Assembly: GCA_965637545.1 (NCBI GenBank)
Contig: OZ281497.1
Location: forward strand, 13,516,001-13,580,000
DNA from: Phallusia mammillata
Taxonomy: Eukaryota
Direction: 5' to 3'
DNA length: 64,000 nt
Below, piece by piece: positions 25,951 to 38,032 of the stretch. A model generated the notes under the pieces. The model saw only the letters and a program-made list of their open reading frames with translations, ran no database searches and was not told the origin of the DNA. Within the stretch, counting starts at the first letter, position 1. Every line of letters starts with the position of its first letter. The position numbers and the translations under genes were made by a program.

Positions 25951-28900
25951 ATGTCTGACCTTGAACAGGTGGATGTTATTACAACATCTGAAGATGATGT
26001 AAAGGCAACAGTTTTATCAAAATGTGCGTACTGTGATTGTCAAAAAGATGGTGTTCTTGTGTTCCATTGTGAAAAGTGTTCCCGTTGGATCCATGCAAGT
26101 AAGTATTCTCGTTACTACATTGTTAAGCTAATGGCTGCTTACACTAGATTGTCAAGGGAAAGATAAATCAGTATTATTCTCTCTTATCAAGCATACTAGT
26201 AGTAGGTTCATAATTGACAAAATTGTTGTTTGTAGAAATATGTGTGCTTGCATTTGCACATTTTGATGTTTTCAGTATTTTGTAATACTAAGTAATGGTT
26301 TCATGCACTTTTATCAGTAACTAAAATTCTAGTGATGGGATGGGTACCCGGTACTCGGTATCGATGGTATCAAACGATTTCAGTGGTATCGATACTCGTA
26401 CTTGGTATCGAAATATTTTGTCTCAGTTTTCGATACCAACAGGCGAATACCGAAGGTCGATTTACAACTTAAGATTACAGCCAACTTTATGCCAATATTT
26501 GCTTTGGACAGCACAAAATCGGGAAAAAGTTCAGCCCGGTTACATATATTTTTTTCGCTATTGTGCGTAGATCACATTATTCTGCATGTGCGGGTGTGCG
26601 CCTGTACCCCGACCATGGTAGACAAATTAGCCAGTGATATACAACTAAGTACAACAATGTACTTAAGTACTCGGTAATCGCATTCGGTACTCGGTATCGA
26701 AGGTATATACATGTGGTACTCAGTATCGGTACTTGCTTCAAAACCTGGTATCGTCCCATCACTATAAAATTCAGCAGTGACTGATATCCCTTTTTTCATA
26801 GGTTGTTTACACTCTGGTTCACCTTCGTCGGTTTTAGGGGACAACTATTTCAACTTTAGATGTGTTTCGTGCACAGAGGATGGAAAAGAAACATTTGAGA
26901 GAATGAAACTTACATGGTCTGTCTCTTTGTTTGTTTTTAACATCCAACTAACAATCGGATTAATTTTGTTTGCACACACATTTCACTTGTATAACAAATA
27001 CAATCTAAATTATTATGCTGGTTTGGTTTCAGTGTAAAATGTTTTTGTCTTATAATTTCAGGGGCCAAGTTGTCATGTTAGCATTGTACAATCTTTCTCA
27101 AACAAGCTTAGGAAAACAGGGCTATTTTAAGTGGAAAGAAGATATTTGTGTTTTCATTGATAATCACTGGGATGTTTTATTTGGAAATAAGTATGTATGA
27201 TGGTTGCATTATTTAAAAAAAATAAAAAGTGTAAAAGTCATAAATTGATATTTTTCAGTAAAAAGAAGAATCCACAATGGAGCTGTAGTGTATGCAGCAC
27301 ATTGTCTGCCGGAAATCCACACAGGTTTCAAAGTGGATATGGTGTGTTCAAAGATGCCGGGTGGTGGAGGTTGGCGGATCCGACACATGCCCCAGAATAC
27401 TGCCCAGGAGCTCCCTCTCTTTCCACACCAAGTATATCAATGGTTGCTCTTGTTTATTTCATTAAATAATTGCTTGGTGTAGGTTGGGACTGCACTATAG
27501 TATATGCTAAAATTCTGTTTTACTAATTTTAGGGGCAAAACCCAAGAAAACTTATTTTGGATCTTCATCACGATCAAGTTTGCGAAAACGAGTTCACTGT
27601 CCATCACCAAGACCATCTTCTGCAGATGCCAAGCAAAGGAAAACTGCCAATAAGGTATGTTTGTGCAACCACAATGTAGCTGCTAAAAAATTCAATCACT
27701 TTACCATGCCATAGGAAAGTGCTGCAGAAGATGTAGGCACTGCAAATTCACCTGCCTCTAGTGGAACCAACCCAGATGGCATATCAGCACCCTCTTCTCC
27801 AGCTAGTTCTTTGTCATCATCTGTAGGATTTTTTTTGAAAAGTTGAAGTTTGCTCAGTACAAATGCAACTTTTTGTGTTAAGGATGCAAAAATTTCCATC
27901 AAAAAAGAAACAAAAATTGACCCCACTCTTCCATTAGTTGCCCTTAGTGATGATTCTGATGCTGAAGAACTTATGGGAGATTGCATAAAACGTGAAAGCT
28001 TTGAACTAAGTAATTTAGAGCAAGGTAGGACAATTTCATTGTGCTGCCTTAAAATGAATTGGCTAGTTCATTGCAGGATTTAGAATTTATGAATTAGACA
28101 GCGTCTTATAGAATTTTGCCTGGTCCAATTTTTATTTTGGCAGTGTGTGTTAGTTCAAAAATATTTTTAGGACCTGTACCTCAACAAAGAATAGTGGCTG
28201 AAATTCCTTTTACACTGCCAGCCAATAAGGAGAAGGTTTCCCAAACAATAGATGCTGTTGATGAAAGTGACACGGCCCCCAAGTATGTAATTACTTGACA
28301 TAAAACACAATTTCAGCAAACATAATTTTAGTTTTATCGTTATTCTTTTCTGTAACCACTAAAGTGTATTTTTTAGATTTTTTTTGAAATTTTATATTTT
28401 TTAACAAGCAAAAAGTTTGCATGTTAATTTTACAACATTTACAGTGTAGCTGCACCACCTTCTGCAATTGTCCATTAACTCCCTCCTGCTTTTTTGCGTT
28501 TAATAACGTTTCAACGTTGCGCCCTTCTTGTGGCTCGGCTCGGCGATAAAAAAAAATGGTGTGCTATGTTTTTTTACCCAAGGAAATAATATTGACAACA
28601 ATCATCGTGATGACCACTAGATGGGGCTACGGCAGTGGTGGGATTTATTTTTTTTGTCAGCCGGTTCTATCACAAAAGTCATATTTTTCAGCCGGTTCTG
28701 TTACAAAAAGTACATTGACAGTAACCAGTAATCCTAACCGGTTCACTGAACTTTCGTAAGACGGTTCAAAATTTAAACAAAAAATTTCGTAAGACGGTTC
28801 TATAGAACCTGTGCGAACCGGCTGAATCCCATCACTGGGCTACGGTATCGTTCATGTTTCGTTAAAGCTTTGCAACTCTTTGTTAAAATCAGATATTTGT

Positions 28901-31900
28901 AAGAACTTCGGCTTTATTTTAGTTAAACTGTAGCAGATGATATAGGATGGCCGGAGTCTTATGAAAGTTAACAAATATAAGATTTGCAAAAAACAACCAG
29001 CATACGGAAAGGTTGAACACAAAATCCATGTTACAGAGTAAAACCTTTGAGTTTGTACGACGAGAGAAAACTGCTGAAGAAGCTTCTCACTATTCCTGGT
29101 GTAGAAGCGAATTTAGAGGGACGCCGATTGCGAAGAAAACTCCTGTTGCGTCAGGTTGTAAAAAATTGTTATACCCAATATACAATTGTATCGTAGTTTC
29201 GGAAAAGTTGCGTTGATGATTGTTAGAGTAAACTACGGAATTGAAAGAGAAACGTGACACATTTATGTCTGGACATCACAATCTGTCCCATTTTCCCCAA
29301 AACTTTGGTTCCTAAAAACTCTATGATTTTATAAGTTCATTTTATTTAACTTGGTGCTGTATTAAAAGTTTGTTTTTCGATCACAGTGCACAAATTTTTC
29401 GGTAAGTTCTATAAATCGGTGTGTTTCAGAAAAAGAGAGAACTGGGTTTACCAGTATTTGATTTCGATTCGTTGGTTCGACGCCTGCATGCGAAGGAGCA
29501 GGGATTGCCGATTCCACATGACGAACTATCTCTGCCTACCCGAAAGTCTTCAGCTTTGTCTATTGGCCCAACCATCTATTCACGTCACCATAGAATTCTA
29601 GACCGATTTTTGGTAAGCTTTTTTACTATTTTAAACACTTTACTGCTACGTGATGGTTCTACCCTCCAACCATGATCTGTTTAATACTTACATGTTGTAG
29701 AAACTTGTTTATTAAAGGAAAATAATAAAACAATAGTTGAGATGCTTTTAAGAATAAAACAAAAATCATTCGAACCAATTTTGGGTATTGAAAATGAAAC
29801 AGTCGTTTAATGTGGGTTTGTAGTTCGTAGTCATAGTTACGACCTTTAAATGTTTGGTAGAGCTACTAACACCATAACTGAAATGACAACCAAAAGACGA
29901 TTGGTTATATCTCCAAAAATGCTCACGATTAGGGTCGGGGTAAGGTATTAGCACTTAAAATTCATTAAAACTAACCCAATAAATTAGTTACTAATGTAAA
30001 CATTTTGAAAACTTATTTCCCAACCCATTTATAGCCGCTAAATAAAAAATTCAGCTCTTTACGCCCCCTTGTGAAAGCGAATCTCCCGAGGTTGTCATTT
30101 GAGTTATGGTGTTACTAGCTCTACCTAAATGTTTCCCATAACAATTGCGTTGTAATGTCTAAGTGCTCCATAACATCGGATATACGTCTGTGTTGACAGT
30201 CTTCGGACCGAAAATGTGTTGATGGCAATGATGGAGGCCGCACCTTTCGCCAGAAGTTAGTGGGATGTGACCAAAATTCGTCATCTAACAATCAACTCAT
30301 CGTCAGCCCACACACACAGCGGTAACTTGCACAACATTTTGTTCTAAATTTACATCGGAAAAAGGCACCACCTCTGATTTGGGTTCAATCTCACGCATAG
30401 TCTGGTGCACCCAACACTATTTTACCATACACAAAACGTGTTAGTGGTTAAACGCGGAAAAGGGGTTGAAATCAAACATTTTTTTTAACTACAGCATCTA
30501 GGTCTTAGTTTGTCCGTGCCAAAATTCTGCAGTACCGTATATAAGACATGCGTAAACCCCAACACGTTTTAAGTACTATTTAAAAATGCCATTGAAATAT
30601 TCTGCTTGAATCGAAGTGTCAGTCAAAACAATACTCCCGCTTTGTTGTGTTAAAGCAGACATAACAAAAAATGTAACTCATTTTTCAGAGTTTTGAAGCC
30701 GTACATACGGCGAGATATGGAAACAATTCCGCCAAAGCTCAAACTTTTACGGGAAATCATTTCACATGCACACAGGTTCGTTCCGACCACCGATTGATGC
30801 CAAAAAGTCAACGCGGAAAACCACATGTCCTCTTTCCATATGTCAACAATGTGACCACCGCTGTTGTTGAACACACGTTAACTTGATACCAATCAATTAC
30901 AATAGGCTGAGTTCATCCCATGCAAATCTGCGGAAATACTAACGCTGTCTTTAGATTAGGGTTCGCATTGTTCATCTATGACTAGGTTATTTATTGTAAC
31001 AGTGAAATCAAACATATTGTGGCCAGCTAAATCTGTAAGTTGGGTGATATTATTTTTTTTAAATGGGGAAACATTATCATGTTAAGTAATGCTTTCTCTA
31101 GGCATTGGTTTCATAAAAAAATGCAGCATGGAGCTGATTATTCCCATGGATATCGACAGGTGATTTGTCTCATTACAACAAATCGGTGCCCATCCCCGCC
31201 CAACATAGAAACCAAGACGGGCGCCCTTGACATTTCAATCTACATTCTCACGCAGACACAACACCGAGATGATTTCGGAGCCTTCTGCGCCCATCGACTT
31301 CTGCTACGTTCGTCCTGCGCAAATTCCAACCATTAACTCCATGTGCCGCCACTTCTTCTGGCCTGGGGTCGACCTTTCCGAGAGTCTCCAGTATCCCGAT
31401 TTTAGCGTTGTCGCCCTTTACAAGTGAGTAAACGGCGTCGTCGCGTGCGCCGCCAGCCTGTGAACGCGACAATGATTGTGCTCGCAATCGGCGTTAAGCA
31501 ATGTGGGAACGCGCTACCGCTCTAGCACAATCAGAGTAGTTTGCTGTAATTTGTGTCGACGCAAATGTCAGGATATGAGCAGGTTTGGCAGGCCCTCTCT
31601 CGCTCGCCGCGTCAAAAATAGCGCAATCTGAGAAAGTGTTTCCCTATCAAACATTGACAGGCGCCTCATAACACGCAACATCGCTTGAGCTTTTCAATAG
31701 CTTTGACGTTTTTGCGTTTGCAGCGTCATCCGGTCCCTGCACCCGCCAAGTAGAAAAGGTGCGTTGCGTTGCAAGCATACCCACCTAAGTTGTGAAAATG
31801 CTTTTCATGAGCAGTAATGCAATTATGCCAATGGCCAAAAATAACAGCTGGATTTAGCAATCCTTACAATTCTTCGTAAAAGCGATTTGCCGTTCTTCGT

Positions 31901-33016
31901 AAAAAGCGATTTCGTAATATTTTTTTCTGTTTTGTTAAACAATATTTTGCCCCAAGATAATATGGGCCTCGTAGATATCATTGCTTGGCTTATACTTCCG
32001 TACAATGCCGTATAGCGGTGGCTTATATATAGTTTTCGTGTCCCGGGGTCACATCCAAATTCCAGACGTCAAAAGAGAAGGGTGTTTAACTATTGTATGT
32101 AAAACGGCCTGCAATGCAACAACAAGCAGTCTGCGGCAATGTGCGTTTGATTTGAACAACAATGTATGTATGTTCTCTGTATTGCAATACGAACTTAGTA
32201 AAAAAGCTAGATGCAATATTCTAAACGCCGACGAAATTGTGCCTGAATTAATTAAGACTCTTGCTTCTGTCGAAAACGGTTGACATCCACATAAGTGGTA
32301 GCTGAAAAATAAAATTCTGACGCAATGCTTCACATCTTCTTAGAAAACTGGTGATTGGCTTCGGCTTCCTGGTGCCGGACGTTGCCTTCAACGAAGCTTA
32401 TGTGTCGTTTCTATTGGTTCATCCCGACTGGCAGAAGGCGGGGATCGGCACGTTCATGCTTTACCATTTGATGCAGGTTCGTGCCATATATTTTTGTTTT
32501 GCATTGTCAATCGAGCGCCTACTTCCGTGGTTGCTTGTTTACCCTCGTCCAGCCTGGTCTCGTGATAACCCTGTTACGTCACTGCGGTAGCGGCAAGCCA
32601 TGTATTTTTTGTTTTGCAAGTGCAATATGTGCTGTTGAATATAAGTTGTTGTTGTTATGACGACAGTTGTTCTACTGTGCAAAACCGCATGACTGCAATG
32701 TATTGTTTCGACATTTAAGAAGTTTAGTTTGGAGCGCTGTGAGGGCCTGTCGAGTTGGCCAAAGACAGATAAAAGGGGACTTTATTTACCTCCGTATAGA
32801 AAACACATTAAAATATTTTAAGTAGTGTTGTGCATTTTACAGACTTGCATGGGAAAAGATGTTACACTTCATGTATCGGCATCAAACCCGGCCATGCTGC
32901 TGTATCAAAGATTTGGTTTCAAACCAGAACGCTTCGACGCGGATTTCTACGACAAGTATCAGTCGCCCGACTCAAATGAATGCTCTCATGCCTTTTTTAT
33001 GAGACTCAGTCGATGA
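25951..33016 (+). CDS. KAT14: Lysine acetyltransferase 14 (CSRP2BP/ATAC2)
   Basis: Multi-exon model. N-terminal PHD-like CAYCDC...CEKCSRWIH; LTWGQVVMLALYNL...GYFKWKEDIC; RRLRRKLLLRQKKRELGLPVFD (29038-29154, 29430-29612); IVSPHTQR|VLKPYIRRD (30200-30322, 30689-30774); GNAT domain CYVRPAQIPTINSMCRHFFWPGVDLSESLQYPDFS...HPDWQKAGIGTFMLYHL...HVSASNPAMLLYQRFGF; ends FFMRLSR*. Confidence 0.93.
26330..26764. mobile_element. hAT-type MITE, 435 bp, in KAT14 intron 1
   Basis: TIR TAGTGATGGGA / TCCCATCACTA; perfect TSD TAAAATTC; many GGTACTCGGTATCGA subterminal repeats. Confidence 0.9.
28633..28837. mobile_element. hAT MITE, CAGTGGTGGG family (copy 2 of 3, opposite orientation)
   Basis: TIR CAGTGGTGGGATT / AATCCCATCACTG; perfect TSD GGCTACGG. 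Confidence 0.9.
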
Positions 33017-34835
33017 TATGTATTGTTTTTGTGGACCCACAGTGGACGATGAATATTAAAATGCTCGTCACATGCGGCTTGCGCAAGGCCATTAAGGATC
33101 GAGCCAATTAGGTGCGTCTGCGTTTCATCATTGCTCGCGGAAGTTGCCACAGGAAGGATCGTTGCAACTTGGTTAACGTGTGCCGCCATATGGGGTTGAC
33201 ATTACCCAGCGCGTGGTGTGTAACTATTAAGTAATAAAGCGAGGAAATTTGGCCAGTTGCTGCGTGTGTTTAAAGTTAGCGTATAGTCTGCAGCAAATAA
33301 CAGAAATTCGATTGGTGTGTTCGTCTTGTGTTTTGGTTGGTACACAAAACTGTTCTGTTCTAGTAAAAGGCTTTTGTTACAACAAATACAAAGATGAACT
33401 TTTTGTGTCCGGATGCAAAGTAGATCGGAGAAGCTCGTTTGTGGTTCTCTCGGCGTCACGTTTTTCCAGCAATCTTTCATTGGGAAATTGGAAACCTTCC
33501 TGGGGATGTTGTGTACGTGACATCGCCCTCGACCGGCCTTTTCTAATCACTAACAGCGTGACTAATAATAGCGGTTAGTTGTAAGCTGGTTAATATCGAT
33601 TTACTACTGAAAACAGAGATGTGACAGATAGGCAATTACTCTGAAGCCCAGAAAAGATAGATTTGTTAGAACATCAAGTGTTGCTACGCTGAGCATTTAC
33701 TTCCGTCAAAAAAGTTAAATTAACGGAAAAAAACAAAACGGGTTCAATTTTTATTAAACCAAGCGCTTCAACAGTTGTAGCTGAAAGAAAACAAATTGTG
33801 TAAAAAACGTCTTCCACTCACTGCCAAAGTTTCGAGAAATTTATTGTTGTATTATGCATAAAATTAACAAGAAAAGAGCTTGAAGCAGGTAAAACCGTTT
33901 TTTCCTGTATTTTAGTGTTTTAAGACAAACTAATTTTCCTTTTGCCATTCCTACTCTGAAAGTGTTGTCACTGTAACAAACAGTACCGTTAACAAAATCT
34001 TTGAATGCATTGTTTTTCAAATTCGGAGCGGGACTATTTCCTTGTTTCGGTTGAGAGTTGTTGATCAACTTAAAAAGTCTTTAAGAAGCCATGTCGAGAC
34101 TAAGCATTCAGGACATATACGGTTGGCAGAATAAAAATATGTAATTCCTAATAGGTTTTGAGAAACGAAATTTGGCCTATCAGGTCAAATACATATTTCG
34201 GATATTGACAGTTGCTCCGGAAGAGTCATGGTTAATTGAGACCTCGCGTTCATTGTCGACGCTCCCGTCGGATGTAGTTGGCGTGTGTCGTTCCCACACG
34301 TACTGGAAGCAATACAGCAACACTTTTTCGCGTTCGGACAGATTTCACCAAAAACAGATCCTGTTTAGGAACTGTTCGTTGTGCAACATCACCCAGACGC
34401 TGTTATGACTAAAAAGCAGTCTTTGAGGCAGTTTTGATAACAAATCTTGTATTATCGGCAGAGGGAGAGGGTGATGTAATCATTAGTTGGTGATCCCAAT
34501 ATCACAAATCAACAGAGGTTGTTCGATTTGGAAGTTGTGTAGAAATGCGCCAACGACTTCCTCTGAACCGACGGGTTTTGCCCGACCCACAACAACTTCG
34601 TGTACTGTAGCAGGCGCCAAAAGAGTCGACAAGTGCTGTTGTAGAACAAATTTGTTTTTACAAGAGTCAGAAATATTTCGGTTGTTAGTTTCCAGTTGTA
34701 GGGCAGTTGGATTACTAAGAATATTTCTAAAACCTGAAAATCTTGAAAAAGCAAAGCGTAATAAAACGTGGTTTGGACTTCAAATTAAACTTAAAAAGCA
34801 TCATGAATTCATCTATTTGTTGTTTTAAGGCAGAA

Positions 34836-37201
34836 ATGACTACTACGTCTTACAATATAACGGTTAGCGGTGTGCCGCTGGCCGCAGCAAACAGCACTAG
34901 TGTTTATGATGGTATTCGGTGTGTTAGTCGACAAAAAGCATCATTTCTGCTGTTTTGTGCTTTTCCTGCTTTTTCCATTCTAATCAACGTCATTGTACTG
35001 ATCGCCGTTCTTCGTAGAGCTCGAAAGTTAGTGCGCCAAAGTCATGTATACGCCCATGTCAGCTCTACACTAATTGCAAATGTGCTGTTCTCGGTGCTGG
35101 GTTTGTTGCAGGTAAGTTTACTGGTGTTTACAATAAAATATATATGATTTTACGAATTAAAGAAGGTAACAGTTCTCTATGTGACTTACAATATATTTTG
35201 TGGTTCAATAATGTTGGCATAAAGAAACATATCGATGGACTATAGTAAACAAAGCAGTTAAACTGTCAACTGTCACTGAAACAATGTAAGCGATTTTCTG
35301 GTTAATTTGGAGGATGTTTAACGGTAAATGTTTATTGCAGTTGCTCAGTCTGTATTTCCACTTCGGAGGTTTGCCGAACGACCCCGACCCTGGCAGACGT
35401 GGTCTTGTCCAAGAAGGTTCGAGCAGATTGTGGGCATTCCTCAAATCATTTCTCTGCGGAATGTTTGTCATTATGTGCGGAAATATAGGTGTGTCCACAT
35501 TAACGCCTTTTTTAAAAAAAACCTACGGTATCTGACAAAATAATTGAAGCAAAATTGAAATCGATTTATATTTAGGCATATAGCTTTTAGTTTACGAATA
35601 ATATTTGTATTTCATTTTTAGGTCTTCTGATTGACTGTATTCGCCACAGCACTTGTTCCACATTACGCTCAGCGGCCGGCTGTCGTTCACATTCTGATCA
35701 AACTAGCAGATGGAAAAAGAAGTAAGATTTTTTTATGTATGTGGACCCAAATCATCTGACAGTGGCTTAGTTTAAAATCACTTACACGATAAAAAAATCG
35801 CAATGCAAAACGAAAACAATACGTTTTTTTCATTAAGTTACAAAAGTTTTCAGTTTTAGAAACATTGGTAATAACAACATCGAATGCCACAACACAAGTT
35901 AATTTATTGTGTTCAAGTTTTAAGTTTTAAATTTATTTGCTTAAGCATTTATTTTCTTTGTTAGAATTTTGACGCGTCGCCAACGGTCCTACGTCACAAT
36001 CTCAGTTCTCTGGATCGTTCCAATTATCTACGTGGCAATTCCTCTAGTTGGCTGGAGTTGTCGGGATGTGTGCCTGTGTTTAAGTCAGTGCTTTCCACCG
36101 GATCACCACTACCTCCCATTTCACCACAAGTGCTCTCGAGCTTTCCCACCAATGGCGAATTCGTGGCTGGCGGTGGTGGTTATTTCTTGGGCCTCCTGTC
36201 TGATAGCGATTATCTTTTTTCTCAGAAGGTGAGGAGAGTTCTGATTGTGTTTCGGAGCTGCTAATCACACGCTCATATTGACTTGACTTTAAATCAAAAC
36301 AAGTCTGCTTTTCAACGAAATATAACTTTCAGTGTTTATTGTATGGATTACAAAATGTTTAAATAAACAACTTAACCTCCCCCCCTATCAAATAAGCTAT
36401 ATTTAAGGAAACATTAGTTGCAGTTATTCATTTAATCAGATTTTTCATAGCCGATTTAAAATTTACAGATCTCTTCGACAAGTGTCAAAAATGTGGGTGC
36501 AATGTAACGCTCTCTCCAGTGTAAGGCGTAAAAGTTTGCAAAATGATCTCGAAAGTAGTCAGCGCAGAAGCGAGAAGAAGTGGAGCATGACACCGATTAA
36601 GGAAAACGAAAGTGGTCTGCAAGTAAGCGACGATCTGGGAAAAGACGATGTTTTTGGGAGCGAGCACAACTGCGACGAAAAAGGCAAGGAAGGTGAAATT
36701 CAACTTTCGGATAAGGGCAATTGCGTCGACGGGCAACAATTTCTCAAGAGCGCAGACGAGAAGAACGATGACAGTGACAGATCCCGTGACAGCGGTGTGG
36801 TCACAGACCGGCAGTACTTCTGCGTGGGAAGCTGCGGCAGTGTGTCGCGAAACCAGCGCACATCCGAGACTTCCACTAGCTCGCTCGCAAAACTTAAAGG
36901 CAGCGCTCCACATCGCCGCATGATGGAGCACCTGCGCTCGACACGCTCCTCATCGTTCAGTCTTCGCTACGTCATATGGCTAACCATTACGTTCGGACTG
37001 TGCACCGCTCCTGCTATGATGATTCTGACTGTAGACATGCTGTACAAGGATCTGGTGTTGAATATGGTCGCCCTGAATATGTGTCTGCTCTTCCCTTTTG
37101 TATATTGCTACATTTGCCCGTTTATACTGGTCAAGTGTCTACCGGGTGTAAAAACCTCGTTGTCCGCCTTGATCTTGAGTGTGTATTCCACAACTGACTG
37201 A
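34836..37201 (+). CDS. Orphan rhodopsin-like (class A) GPCR
   Basis: Exons 34836-35111, 35341-35488, 35622-35721, 35965-36228, 36469-37201 splice in frame. N-glycosylated N-terminus (NIT, NST), TM1 SILINVIVLIAV, TM4 VLWIVP, Cys-rich ECL2, long ICL3, TM6 FGLCTAP, TM7 CYICPFIL. Confidence 0.8.
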
Positions 37202-38032
37202 AGTGTCTCAGAACCAAACAAAAATCGTATAGCGCTTTGCTCCACAAAAGTTAAAACAAACAAATAAACTAACTATAAAACTCACGAAAAAAATTGCTTT
37301 TACTTCTTTTTGTAAGGTTAATAGTGTTATACAACAAAAAATATTATGTGGTAATTTTGAAACACAAAAATATATGACAGTTGTAATTTATTGGTTTTGT
37401 AATTTTGTGGCGTTGTTTTTGTATGTTTTTACTTGTCACTGATTTTTTTACAAACGTAAAGGACAACTGAAAGTTAGACATTAGAACATATTATAACCAA
37501 ACGTGCGCGTGTAAAATAGACCAAGCAGCACTGTTCGTTGGTTACATAAGTTTGGAGAAAATTTGTTCATTTTAACTGATCGCTTGGAAATACATTCACA
37601 CCGCTTCACCTGTTTTGTTCCTGTAATCGGTTAAGCGCCCTGGCCAGCACGGTTCCATGTCCATTGTTGGCCTTCTGTGTCACTTGCTTGTTTAAGACTG
37701 CTTTCGACCTTTAATAAAAAGTTAAGTGTTCGCACGTGCGGGGCGCTTTTGTGCGTCGGTCTGGCAAAATATTGACAGAAATACACAATCCCCTGTTTTG
37801 CACATTTGAACAGGTAGCCGCCACAATAGCGGGATTTTTTCCTAATTTCAACTCCAAAAGCACTTTTAACTTGCCACAAGTGGAAGTTTGTTGATAAAGC
37901 TAAAGTGGTTCTGATTTTTTACCGTTATTTTTTCACAGCGACCATCAAGGTATATTTAAGTGTGTGTATATTTACCCCGAAAGCAATATCAGGGCAGTTC
38001 GAGTTTTGCAAATTTATCTGTCGATATATTTA

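Noticed and set aside
30650-30874. Minus-strand 74-aa ORF suggesting a nested gene in KAT14
   Set aside because: It is the antisense shadow of KAT14 exon 30689-30774 (VLKPYIRRD).
30955-30962. Minus-strand AACCCTAA as a telomerase RNA template
   Set aside because: An 8-mer is expected by chance in 64 kb; no pseudoknot or H/ACA context was recognised.
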